64,000 nt of DNA. Source: Candidatus Latescibacterota bacterium. GTDB lineage: Bacteria > Latescibacterota > UBA2968 > UBA8231. The notes below the pieces were generated by a model. That model saw only the letters and a program-made list of their open reading frames with translations, had not been told where the DNA came from and did not search any database. The stretch lies in the NCBI GenBank assembly GCA_965243025.1, contig CBDETY010000003.1, forward strand, positions 4,256,001-4,320,000. The letters are read 5' to 3'. The position numbers were made by a program, and so were the translations under genes. Positions 17,678 through 27,180 of the stretch are shown here, one piece after another (the stretch's first letter is position 1; each line of letters starts with the position of its first letter).

Positions 17678-19342
17678 ATGCGGCGAAGCCTTGGTGCCCG
17701 TGTTGAACGAGCGGACCCAGCGCCTGTGGGCCGCCGCCGAGGCGCACGGTTTGCATTAATCGCAGTTACGCTCTCGGTAATTCTTGGCACACAAGTCACG
17801 GGTCATGCCGATACTACCCCTGTAAGCGAGCGTACGCCGCAGGTGCGTGATGCAATTGTAGCTGCGGTACCAGAGGCAAACAATGCTGCAGATGTGACCG
17901 CAGCACACCTCGCCGCAATTACCGGACTTTCCTTATACAGGAAGGGAATACAAGCCCTGAAAGCAAGTGACTTTGACGGACTCACCGCACTGACAACGTT
18001 GTACTTGGGCGATAACCAGTTGCGCTCATTGCCGGCGGGCTTATTTGATAATCTCACCGCACTGACATGGTTGAGCCTGACCCACAACCAATTGAGTTCG
18101 CTGCCGGCGGGGATATTTGACGATCTCACCGCACTGACAGGGTTGAGCCTGACCCACAACCAATTGAGTTCGTTGTCGTTGCCGGCGAACCTATTTGACG
18201 ATCTCACCGCACTGACAGGTTTGGGCCTGGGCGATAATCAGTTGAGTTCGTTGCCGGCGGGGATATTTGACAATCTCACCGCACTGACAGGGTTGGACCT
18301 GGGCGCCAACCAGTTGAGTTCGTTGCCGGCGGGCTTATTTGATAATCTCACCGCACTGACATGGTTGGGTCTGGGCGGTAACCAGTTGAGTTCGTTGCCG
18401 GCGGGGATATTCGACGGACTCACCGCACTGACATGGTTGAGTTTGTCCGGCAACCAGTTGAGTTCGTTTCCGGCGGGGGTATTCGACGGACTCACCGCAC
18501 TGACATGGTTGAGCTTGTCCGGCAACTCAGTAAGTCCCCTACTCCTTACCGTTTCTTTGGAGAAAGTTGGAACGGAGCAATTCAAGGCAGCGGCACCTGC
18601 AGGTGCACCGTTCAGTATGGTATTGCCGATCAGCGTTTCGAACGGTAGCATTGCTGGGGGTGCAACATCGGTCACAATACCCGCGGGTGGTGTGGAAAGC
18701 GAACCTCTCACCGTGAGCCGAACTTCCGGCACGACACTTGCCGTCACCGTGGATATCGGTGCTTTGCCGGAGTCGCCCAATAGCCATAGCGGCTATACCC
18801 TCGTCAAGTCCGCCGACCTTCCTCTAAAGGTTCTCGGTGACACCGCTGCGGAGCAAACCACGACGGATTTCAACGGGGATGGCAGGACCGATTTCGCCGA
18901 CTTCTTCCAGTTCGTCGACGCCTACGGGGGCACCGACGCACGCTTTGATCTCGACGGCAGCGGCACCGTCGATTTCGTCGACTTCTTCCAGTTCGTCGAT
19001 GCCTTCGACCAGCCGGGGCAGGCCAAGCTGGTGGCTCTTGCCCGGGAGATGTTCGGGCTGCCGGCGGGGCCGGAGTTGCACCAGAACCAGCCCAATCCCT
19101 TCAACAGCGAAACCGTGATTTCCTGGTTCCTGCTGGAACCGGGTCCGGCGCGAGTGGAGGTGTTCGCCCTTACCGGGCAGCGGGTGGCGGTGCTGCACCA
19201 GGGTCCGAAGAAGGCGGGCGTCCACCGTGTTCACTGGGACGGCCGCCACAGCGAAGGGCGCCCCTTGGCCAGCGGAGTGTACCTGTACCGGCTGGTTACT
19301 TCGGAAAGCGCTCAGACTCGCAAGCTTACTCTATTGCGATAG
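17678..19342 (+). CDS. Leucine-rich repeat protein with EF-hand pair and FlgD/T9SS-like C-terminal domain
   Basis: ~8 tandem 24-aa LxLxxNQLSSLPAGIFDxLTALT repeats; DFNGDGRTDFADFF; NQPNPFNS. Start uncertain. Confidence 0.85.
   Translation: MRRSLGARVERADPAPVGRRRGARFALIAVTLSVILGTQVTGHADTTPVSERTPQVRDAIVAAVPEANNAADVTAAHLAAITGLSLYRKGIQALKASDFDGLTALTTLYLGDNQLRSLPAGLFDNLTALTWLSLTHNQLSSLPAGIFDDLTALTGLSLTHNQLSSLSLPANLFDDLTALTGLGLGDNQLSSLPAGIFDNLTALTGLDLGANQLSSLPAGLFDNLTALTWLGLGGNQLSSLPAGIFDGLTALTWLSLSGNQLSSFPAGVFDGLTALTWLSLSGNSVSPLLLTVSLEKVGTEQFKAAAPAGAPFSMVLPISVSNGSIAGGATSVTIPAGGVESEPLTVSRTSGTTLAVTVDIGALPESPNSHSGYTLVKSADLPLKVLGDTAAEQTTTDFNGDGRTDFADFFQFVDAYGGTDARFDLDGSGTVDFVDFFQFVDAFDQPGQAKLVALAREMFGLPAGPELHQNQPNPFNSETVISWFLLEPGPARVEVFALTGQRVAVLHQGPKKAGVHRVHWDGRHSEGRPLASGVYLYRLVTSESAQTRKLTLLR
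17691..17753 (+). pseudogene. ISAzo13-family transposase N-terminal remnant
   Basis: LVPVLNERTQRLWAAAEAHGL motif, out of frame with the LRR gene. Confidence 0.65.
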
Positions 19343-19356
19343 TCCCCATTAAGGAC

Positions 19357-19376
19357 GGGGAATTATGTACTTGACC
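19357..19376. mobile_element. IS1595-type terminal inverted repeat (GGGGAATTATGTACTTGACC)
   Basis: Similar to the ends at 12279 and 27180 (rc). Confidence 0.5.
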
Positions 19377-19483
19377 GCACAAGCCTGGGGCCGGCACGGC
19401 TTGCAATGCCTCGCCAAAAACCGGGAAAGACTCGGAAACATCGGTCCCCGGCCTACTCAGGGTAGGAAAAACGGAGGTAAAGC

Positions 19484-19721
19484 TATGGGCTTGGCATTGG
19501 ACTACTACAGCAAGAGGAAATCTGGACCGCATACTGCAGGAGGTCCACCCGGCAGGTCGCCCAAGGTGTCCGCCTGCGTTTCACTGATCCAAACGTTCGT
19601 GCTGGTCGGTGTGTCGGTTCTCTCACAGGGTTGCTTGCCCGTCTTCCAGCAATACCAAGGCGCTAGGACGCAGGAGCCGGGTACGCTTGAATTCACGCCG
19701 AACGTCGCGACCGTGTCCTTC
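19484..19721 (+). pseudogene. Truncated 5' fragment of a putative lipoprotein
   Basis: RBS GGAGG; hydrophobic stretch then LSQGC lipobox-like; runs into the IS630 remnant. Confidence 0.4.
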
Positions 19722-20382
19722 AAGCGCCGCTCGCATTGTCTTAGCACCGACCCGGAATTCGCCGCCAAAGCGGCCGACATCGTCGGCCTGTATCTCGACC
19801 CGCCGGACAACGCGGTGGTGGTGTGTGTCGACGAGAAACCGTCCACCCAGGCGCTGGAGCGCGCCCAGGGCTATTTGCGTCTGGCCCCGGGGTGCGGCGC
19901 TGAGCGGCTTCAGCCATCGCTACCAACGCCACGGCACCACGACCCTGTTTGCCGCCCTCGAGGTGGCCACCGGCCACATCAAGGCCGGGCATGCCAAGAG
20001 ACGCCGGCGCCGGGAGTTCCTCGAATTCATGAACGACGTGGTGGCCGCCTATCCGGCCGACCAGGCCCTCCATGTGATCCTGGACAACCTCAACACCCAC
20101 AAGCCCAAGCGCGACCGCTGGTTGGCGCGCCATCCCAACGTCCACTTCCACTTTACGCCCACCAATGCGTGCTGGCTCAACCTGATCGAAATCTGGTTCA
20201 GCATCCTCAGCCGTCGTGCCTTGCACGGAGCCAGCTTTACTTCGCCCCGACAGCTGGGCAACGCCATCGACGCCTTCATCGCCGCTTACAATTCCAAGGC
20301 ACACCCCTTCGAGTGGAAAAAAGAGAAGGTCTATCAGGGCCGGCTCCATGATACATGCGCGGAATTGTGCAATTAATCACTA
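19722..20382 (+). mobile_element. IS630-family transposase remnant (5'-truncated, frameshifted)
   Basis: DPEFAAK..DIVGLYLDPP, CVDEKP, RHGTTTLFAAL, ILDNLNTH and WLNLIEIWF motifs; ends ...CACTA. Confidence 0.88.
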
Positions 20383-20418
20383 GAAGAACGGAAGAAAAGA
20401 AAGAATCCAAATATCTCC

Positions 20419-23400
20419 ATGAAAAAGCTTATTCTTCACACCGCTTTCTTGGTCCTCCCTCTCTCACCACCAACCGCCGTCGATGCTTCGCTCACGGGGG
20501 CCGACAGCTTGCACTTCTGCGCGCCGTTCGATTACGAGCAGTGGCGGCGCGATCACCCCCGCCCCGGGGGAAAGCGGCTGGCGGATCTGAACGTCGGTGA
20601 ACCGCGCACCGTGCGGATGATCTACTTTCTGCCCAACGACCGTCCGTTTCGCCAGGAAGTGGTCGATTCGATAAAGGTCACGATTCGAGAGGTGCAGAAC
20701 TTCTTTGTCGACCAGATGGAGGTGCACGGTTACGGCAAGCGAACGTTTCGCATCGAAACCGACGCCCAGGGAGAACCGCTAGTTCATCGCGTCGACGGGC
20801 GTGAACCCGACAGCAGCTACCTTGACGACACCTTGGGTAATGTGCTCGACGAGATAGAACAGGTATTTGATCTGAAAGCGAACATTTACCTCGTTGTCAT
20901 TGACAACAGTGCCAATCGGATTGTAGACAAAGCAACAGAAATAACCGGTGTAGGTGTAGCAACCCGAATCCAAAAAACCGGCGGATTCGCATTGATAACC
21001 GCCGGGTTCAGCTTTTTCACGGCAGCCCATGAACTGGGACATACTTTCGGATTGGAGCACGATTTCCAAAATCGAAAGTTCATCATGTCGTACGGTGATC
21101 CGAACCAACCTATACTATCGCCGTGTCATGCAGAGTTTCTAACGGTTCATCCCTACTTCAATCTTTCTGTTTTTATTGAAGCGGGGGAGTCGCCAGTTAT
21201 CGAACTCCTTTCGTCCCCCGAATATCCGGCAGGATCAAAGAGTGTCGCCGTCCGACTCAAACTCCAGGACGCGGAGGGACTGCATCAGGTCTTTCTCCTG
21301 GCGGAAGCACGTGGCCCGGGCTACGAAGTGTTGGCGTGCCGCAACCTGGCGGGTAAACGAGATGGCGAAGTGGTATTCGAATACGACGGGTACAGCCCCT
21401 CGCACGCTGATTGGGGAAAGGTCACAAGCCTGTCCGATAAGAAGGTGCATCCAATGCGTGTCGAGGCCGTTGATTTGTCCGGGAATGTTGGGGAAACGTT
21501 GTTTCAGCTATCGGCGGAGGCTTCCCCTGATGAACCACGTGCGTCCACGATTGAGATTATCGCTGGAGACCACCAGCAGGGCGCACCGGGACGCACACTG
21601 GAGAACGCCCTCGTCGTCGAGGTGAAGGATCAGAACGGGGATCTGTTATCGGACGAGACAATCCAGTTTGGAGTCACCGAGGGCGGGGCGAGGCTCAGCG
21701 GGCGGTACCTGGTCGAGAATGCGACGACCGATGCGAACGGACGGGCCGAGCTGACCCTCACCCTCGGCTCCAATCCGGAAACCATCGTCGTCCGTGTGTC
21801 TGCGCCTGAAGTCCCGGAGTGCCAGCCCGTTTTCTTCAGAGCGACGGCCGTCGGCGTGCACGTGGCCTCTTTGCCGGGTGATGCCGAGACGTGGCACCTT
21901 CCAGATCACGCCATCGCGCGCCTAGGTAGAGGTCACATTGGCGAGGGCGACCGAGCGGTATCGTTTTCGCCCAACGGTCAACACGTCGCCGTGGCCAGTG
22001 GCATCGGCGTGTGGCTGTACGATCTGGCGGCGTCTCGTGCCATCGCGCTGTTTCCCACTAGAAGCCCGGTCCATTCTGTAGCGTTTTCCCCAGAGGGAAA
22101 CCGGCTCGCCTCGAGCAGGGAAGGGGGGATCGACCTGTGGGATGTGGCGACCGGGACAAGGAGCGCGGAACTCATCGGGCACAATACCCTCGGCTTCTAT
22201 GTAGATGTCACCGCCGTGGCGTTCTCGCCGGACGGGACACGGCTCGCATCCGGGTCAATAGACCAGGTCGTCAAGTTGTGGGACGTGGCAACCGGAGGCG
22301 ACATCTACACTTGGGAGTTCGAACCAAGCGTCTCGGATTTCATCACGGTGGCGTTTTCGCCAGATGACGCCATGCTCGCCGTGGGACTTCAGGATGGGTC
22401 GGTGCGGCTGTTGGATGTCGCAACTCACGAAGTCAGCGCCACGCTTTTCGGGCATCGACTGGGTGTCCGTTCCGTAGCGTTTTCAAGGGATGGGAGGACG
22501 CTCGCGACCAGCTCGGACGATGGCGTGGTCAGACTATGGGACATGGCGCGGCGGGAGACCGTAATGGACCTTACGGGGCACGGGGGTCCGGTCACTTCGG
22601 TTTCGTTTTCGAGGGATGGCAATACCCTCGCATCCGCATCAAACGATAGCGATGTCAAGCTGTGGGATGTCGGGACGGGCACATCCGTCGCCACGCTTGC
22701 CGGAGGGCATACGTCCTGGGCTACATCGGTGTCGTTTTCTCCGGAGGGGACAACCGTTGCGTCCGGATCGACGGAGGATGGTTCTATCCTATTGTGGGAT
22801 GTAGCCACGAGAAACGCCGCTGCCATCCCCGGGCTTCACGTGGATGTCGGCAGTTCCGTGTCGTTCTCTCCGGATGGCAAGATACTGGCTTCCAGTTCGG
22901 AGGATGGCACCCCCAAGATTTGGGATGCCGAGACAGGACGGCTTATAAGGAGTTTCGGGCTTCGTCCCTGGGGAATACAAGCCGTGGCGTTCTCGCCCGA
23001 CAGCACCACGCTCGCCGCAGGATCGTTAGATAACACAATCGACCTATGGAATGTCGTGACGGGCGCCAGGATCGCTTCCTTCAAGAGAGGCCAGGGTCAG
23101 ATCCTGTCCCTGGCGTTCTCGCCGGACGGGAAAAGGCTCGCCGCAGGAGATCCTCAAGGGATCGCCCTTTGGGACGTTGCAACTGTTTCCGCTGCAAGCG
23201 CAACCCTTCGTGATGTAGTCTTTGGTGACATGGCAACGGACCATTATATCAGCACACCGTTGGGGTATGCGTGGGTGTGGTCTTTAGCGTTTTCAGTGGA
23301 TGGGAAGACGCTCGCGTCCTGCTCAAGCGATGGCACGGTCACGCTGTGGGACGCGTCAACGCTGACCCATCTCGCCACACTCGGGGGAGACCGTAGCTTC

Positions 23401-24831
23401 GGGGGAGACCGTATATCGTTTTCGCCCGACGGTACAACGCTTGCTGCCACGACGTGGGACGGGGTCGAGCTGTTGGAAGTGGCAACACGCGAACGAACCG
23501 CCATCTTGCCGGTGGGTTCTGTCACTTCGGTGAAGTTCTCACCCGATAGGACCACACTGGCCTCAGGCCTCGGGGATGGCACGGTCACCCTGTGGGACAT
23601 CGCGACCCTGGGCAAGATTGCTACCCTGGAGGGTCATGCGGGGGCAGTTCGATCCCTGTCGTTTTCTCGCGACGGGAAAATCCTCGCCTCAGGTTCGGGT
23701 TTTAATTTTGGAGATGGCACGGTTTTGTTGTGGGATCTGCAGCTTCTGGAACCTCGGCCCCATACCCTGATCAAGGTCGCCGGCGACGAACAGGAAGGAC
23801 CGGCAGGTGGGGACCTGGCCGAACCGTTTGTGGTTTCGGTGCTCGATCAAAACGGCGACCCTCTTGCCGGTACGACGGTCACCTTCGCGGTCACGGCCGG
23901 TGAGGGAACCCTCTCGGCAACCGCCGACACCACCGATGAAAACGGCTTGGCTGCCGCCACTCTGACCCTGGGTAGCGGTCCCGGGGGAAACACCGTGGAT
24001 GTAACGGTGGCCGGGCTGAATCGGACGACCTTTACCGCTCTCGGGATTGCCATTCCCCGGACCCTGAGCAGGATTTCCGGCGACCAGCAGCAGGGAGCTC
24101 CCGGCACTACGCTGCCGGGCCCGTTCGTGGTTTCGGTGCTGGATCAAAACGGGACGGCACTTGCCGGGGTCGCCGTCACCTTCGCGGTCACAGCCGGGGA
24201 CGGGACCCTTTCCACAACTACCGCTACCACCGATGCCAACGGTAGCGCCTCAAGCATCCTGACCCTGGGCAACCTGCCGGGGGCAAGCACTGTCACCGTA
24301 TCGGTAGCCGGCCTCGAGCCGGTGACCTTCACTGCCACCGCCGAGGCCAGCCCCGACTTCGACGGAGACGGCGAAACCGGTTTCTCCGACTTCTTCCTGT
24401 TCGCCGACGCCTTCGGCAGCAGCGACCCCCGCTTCGACCTGGACGGCAGCGGCACCGTCGATTTCGGCGACTTCTTCCTTCTGGCCGACCATTTCGCGAA
24501 TCCGGCCCGGGGCAAGCTGCTGGCCCTAGCCCGGGAAATTATCGGCCTGCCCGAGGGATCCAAGCTGCAGCAGAACGTCCCCAACCCCTTCAACAGCCAG
24601 ACCGTCATCTCCTGGTTTCAGATTAAGCCCGGGCAGTCGCGCGTGGAGGTGTTCGCCCTGACCGGGCAGCGGGTGGCGGTGCTGTACCAGGGGCCGACGA
24701 AGGCGGGAGTCCATCAGGTGCACTGGAACGGCCGCGATGACAAGGGCCGTACCTTGGCCAGCGGCGTCTATCTGTACCGGCTGTCGACGAACGAGAGCCT
24801 ACAGACGCGCAAACTCACCTTGCTCCAGTGA
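20419..24831 (+). CDS. Large secreted protein: zinc metalloprotease, Ig-like (Big_1), WD40 repeats, Ig-like, EF-hand pair, FlgD/T9SS-like CTD
   Basis: HELGHTFGLEH metzincin motif; ~14 VAFSPDG...LWD repeats; TTDANG Ig motifs; DFDGDGETGFSDFF; NVPNPFNS. Confidence 0.9.
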   Translation: MKKLILHTAFLVLPLSPPTAVDASLTGADSLHFCAPFDYEQWRRDHPRPGGKRLADLNVGEPRTVRMIYFLPNDRPFRQEVVDSIKVTIREVQNFFVDQMEVHGYGKRTFRIETDAQGEPLVHRVDGREPDSSYLDDTLGNVLDEIEQVFDLKANIYLVVIDNSANRIVDKATEITGVGVATRIQKTGGFALITAGFSFFTAAHELGHTFGLEHDFQNRKFIMSYGDPNQPILSPCHAEFLTVHPYFNLSVFIEAGESPVIELLSSPEYPAGSKSVAVRLKLQDAEGLHQVFLLAEARGPGYEVLACRNLAGKRDGEVVFEYDGYSPSHADWGKVTSLSDKKVHPMRVEAVDLSGNVGETLFQLSAEASPDEPRASTIEIIAGDHQQGAPGRTLENALVVEVKDQNGDLLSDETIQFGVTEGGARLSGRYLVENATTDANGRAELTLTLGSNPETIVVRVSAPEVPECQPVFFRATAVGVHVASLPGDAETWHLPDHAIARLGRGHIGEGDRAVSFSPNGQHVAVASGIGVWLYDLAASRAIALFPTRSPVHSVAFSPEGNRLASSREGGIDLWDVATGTRSAELIGHNTLGFYVDVTAVAFSPDGTRLASGSIDQVVKLWDVATGGDIYTWEFEPSVSDFITVAFSPDDAMLAVGLQDGSVRLLDVATHEVSATLFGHRLGVRSVAFSRDGRTLATSSDDGVVRLWDMARRETVMDLTGHGGPVTSVSFSRDGNTLASASNDSDVKLWDVGTGTSVATLAGGHTSWATSVSFSPEGTTVASGSTEDGSILLWDVATRNAAAIPGLHVDVGSSVSFSPDGKILASSSEDGTPKIWDAETGRLIRSFGLRPWGIQAVAFSPDSTTLAAGSLDNTIDLWNVVTGARIASFKRGQGQILSLAFSPDGKRLAAGDPQGIALWDVATVSAASATLRDVVFGDMATDHYISTPLGYAWVWSLAFSVDGKTLASCSSDGTVTLWDASTLTHLATLGGDRSFGGDRISFSPDGTTLAATTWDGVELLEVATRERTAILPVGSVTSVKFSPDRTTLASGLGDGTVTLWDIATLGKIATLEGHAGAVRSLSFSRDGKILASGSGFNFGDGTVLLWDLQLLEPRPHTLIKVAGDEQEGPAGGDLAEPFVVSVLDQNGDPLAGTTVTFAVTAGEGTLSATADTTDENGLAAATLTLGSGPGGNTVDVTVAGLNRTTFTALGIAIPRTLSRISGDQQQGAPGTTLPGPFVVSVLDQNGTALAGVAVTFAVTAGDGTLSTTTATTDANGSASSILTLGNLPGASTVTVSVAGLEPVTFTATAEASPDFDGDGETGFSDFFLFADAFGSSDPRFDLDGSGTVDFGDFFLLADHFANPARGKLLALAREIIGLPEGSKLQQNVPNPFNSQTVISWFQIKPGQSRVEVFALTGQRVAVLYQGPTKAGVHQVHWNGRDDKGRTLASGVYLYRLSTNESLQTRKLTLLQ

Positions 24832-24859
24832 CCCTTGCCTACGTCCTGAACTGAAATAT

Positions 24860-25040
24860 CCTCCCCTTCCCCAAGGGGGTGTGCAAGGCACCGAGAGGAT
24901 CCCTCGTAGCGTAATCCGGCAAAGACCACGCCAGGGCCCACTCACGGCCTGCCGATTTCGCCAGCTTTCGGGATACCCTCCCCTCGTAGTACCGTAGCGC
25001 CACCTCGACCGTTCCCGAATCGCCCGTATCCCCGACGTAG
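24860..25040. repeat. Further copy of the ~290-nt repeat family
   Basis: CCCAAGGGGGTGTGCAA..GAGAGGATCCCTC and CTCACGGCCTGCCG shared with 9825-9990. Confidence 0.75.
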
Positions 25041-25464
25041 CCGGGGCCTCCGAAGCGCCTCCTTCCCGATATCCGAATCCCGCTTCTTCTCCCCCTCGGT
25101 CTCGTAGCACCGACTCCGTTCCCCCGATTGCCGGGGACCGCTGCTCACCGGCTCCCCTTCCTGCACCCCCCTTCCCCCTCTCCACCCCCTCCCCCGCTCC
25201 CAGAAAACCAAAGTTTCCCGCCGCCCTTACGGGTGTTTTCGAACGCACTTGGAAGCCCGCTTTACTTTTTTATTTTCCCGATACATTAATCAATAGAGCG
25301 GGGACGCCGGCAGCATCCGCTGCCACCTCCCCCAGTTCCCTTCTGTCGGTGAGTACCGACAGATCACATCCCACCGAAAGGAATCCCATGGGAGCGTGAA
25401 TCACACTATTTGTTGAGGGCCGCTGGTCTCAAGTACGGTATTCCGCGGTCCGAAGGTAATCGGA

Positions 25465-26481
25465 GTGAAAAATGGTAAAAGCATCTCGTTAATCGATTTA
25501 TTCAGGATGTTTCCAGATGATGCAGCAGCAGAAAAATGGTTCGAAGAAGAAAGATGGGGGAAGATGGTAGACGGCCGGCCCGAATCCATATACTGCCCGC
25601 ACTGCGGATGCTGCGACAGGATAACCCCGTGTCGCAACCGCGCCCACATGCCCTTCTGGTGCGGCGACTGTCGAAACCACTTCAGCGTCCGCACCGGAAC
25701 GGTGATGTCCCACTCCAAGGTCCCCTTGCAGAAATGGGCCATCGGCGTCCACCTGTACGAATCCAGACCGAAGGGAATCAGCGCCAGGCAGCTTGCGAGC
25801 GACCTCGACCTGGCGTATTCGTCGGCCTTGTTCATGCTGCACCGCCTCCGGGAAGCCTGGCCGGTTCCCGAACCGCTGCGCAGCGGGATGGCCGAGATAG
25901 ACCAAGCCTATTTCGCCGGAGACGATAAGAACAGGCACGGCAACAGGAAGTTTCGCCGGAAATGGAGGTATGGCACTACCACCGTGAACGGAGTGCGCTG
26001 CCGCGAAACCGGCGACGTGGGCACCAAGGTGGTCCCTGACGTGACCCGCGAGACCGTGTTCGCCTGCGCAGAGGAACACGTAGGCCAGGGGGGCGCCCTT
26101 TTCAGCGACAATGCCCCGACCTTTCGCGATGGTTTCGGATGGCCGGGAAGACACGAAACCGTCAACCACAAGGATGAATACGTCAGAGGGGAGGTCCATA
26201 CGAACGGCATTGAATCGTTCTGGGCCAAGGCGAAGCGAACGATATACGGGACCCACCACCACGTGTCTCCCAAGTATCTGCCCCGATACCTCAAGGAGAT
26301 CACAGGCAAGCACAACATCCGCAACCTGGACCCCGAGGAGCGGATAAGGTATCTGACGGCGCGGATGATGAGGAAACGGCTGACCTACCGGGATCTGCTG
26401 GCGACGGAGGTTCCTCCGAAACCCTACACTCATCACCGGTCGAAGGAAAGGGCGAAGCTGTTCGGATGGCCAGGAAGATGA
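25465..26481 (+). mobile_element. IS1595-family transposase (copy C, full length)
   Basis: Zinc ribbon; EIDQAYF, LFSD and HTNGIESFW motifs. Confidence 0.92.
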
Positions 26482-26559
26482 AAACCGCTGCCCGTTGCCT
26501 CCGGTCCGAACTGAGTCTGTGGATGGTAAGCGGGAACTCTTCTCGTATGGTCAGCAAGG

Positions 26560-26995
26560 CGACATCCCGCTGCTTGCCATCTTGTCGACCAAACGGGATG
26601 ACTTCCTCCTCACCTCGGCGACGACGGCTTTGCAGACCCGGGGCATTCGCGCATCCTCTCCTCCATCAGAAAGCGGCCTTTCGATCCACGGTGCCGACTT
26701 CAGGGGGAGGTACCTGCGAGTCCGGATAGATCGCAGGATGCAGACTGCCTGACTTTGAGAACGCCATGATATGCCGCTGCCAGTCCCCGACTCAGATCAG
26801 GCAAGAGTCCCGGTTCCCTCCTCGATCCGAGTGGCCTTCCCGATCCGGAATCAGATCCAGCTTGCCCCTTGCCATCTTGTCGACCAAACGGAATGATCCT
26901 TCTCACCTCAACGACGGCTTTGTAGACCCAGGGGGCTCGCGCATCCACTCCTCGATCAGAGTGGGGGTCGATCCATGGTGCCAATCTGGCAGGCT
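26560..26995. repeat. Two tandem degenerate repeats inside the IS1595 3' region
   Basis: TTGCCATCTTGTCGACCAAACGG at ~26574 and ~26869; CGATCCAYGGTGCC at ~26682 and ~26969. Confidence 0.8.
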
Positions 26996-27161
26996 TCTCC
27001 GGTCAGCATGCAATCATGTGGAATTGCCAGCCAGTCGACATCCCCCATCTCCCGGCTATTACAGTGGGACGAAGGATGTCCGTTTCTCTGCAATTTCTCT
27101 ACTATATTATACCAGATTTTCTTTAATTTCGCGGGTGAGATCACTAAAATTCCCTTGCGCA

Positions 27162-27180
27162 GTTATCTAGATAATTCCCC
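27162..27180. mobile_element. IS1595-type terminal inverted repeat (GTTATCTAGATAATTCCCC), downstream end of copy C
   Basis: Inverted relative to 12279 and 19357; abuts the truncated cusA. Confidence 0.7.

Noticed and set aside
17960-18530. 72-nt tandem repeats as a CRISPR-like or DGR-like array
   Set aside because: In-frame LRR coding repeats with no spacers and no reverse transcriptase in the window.
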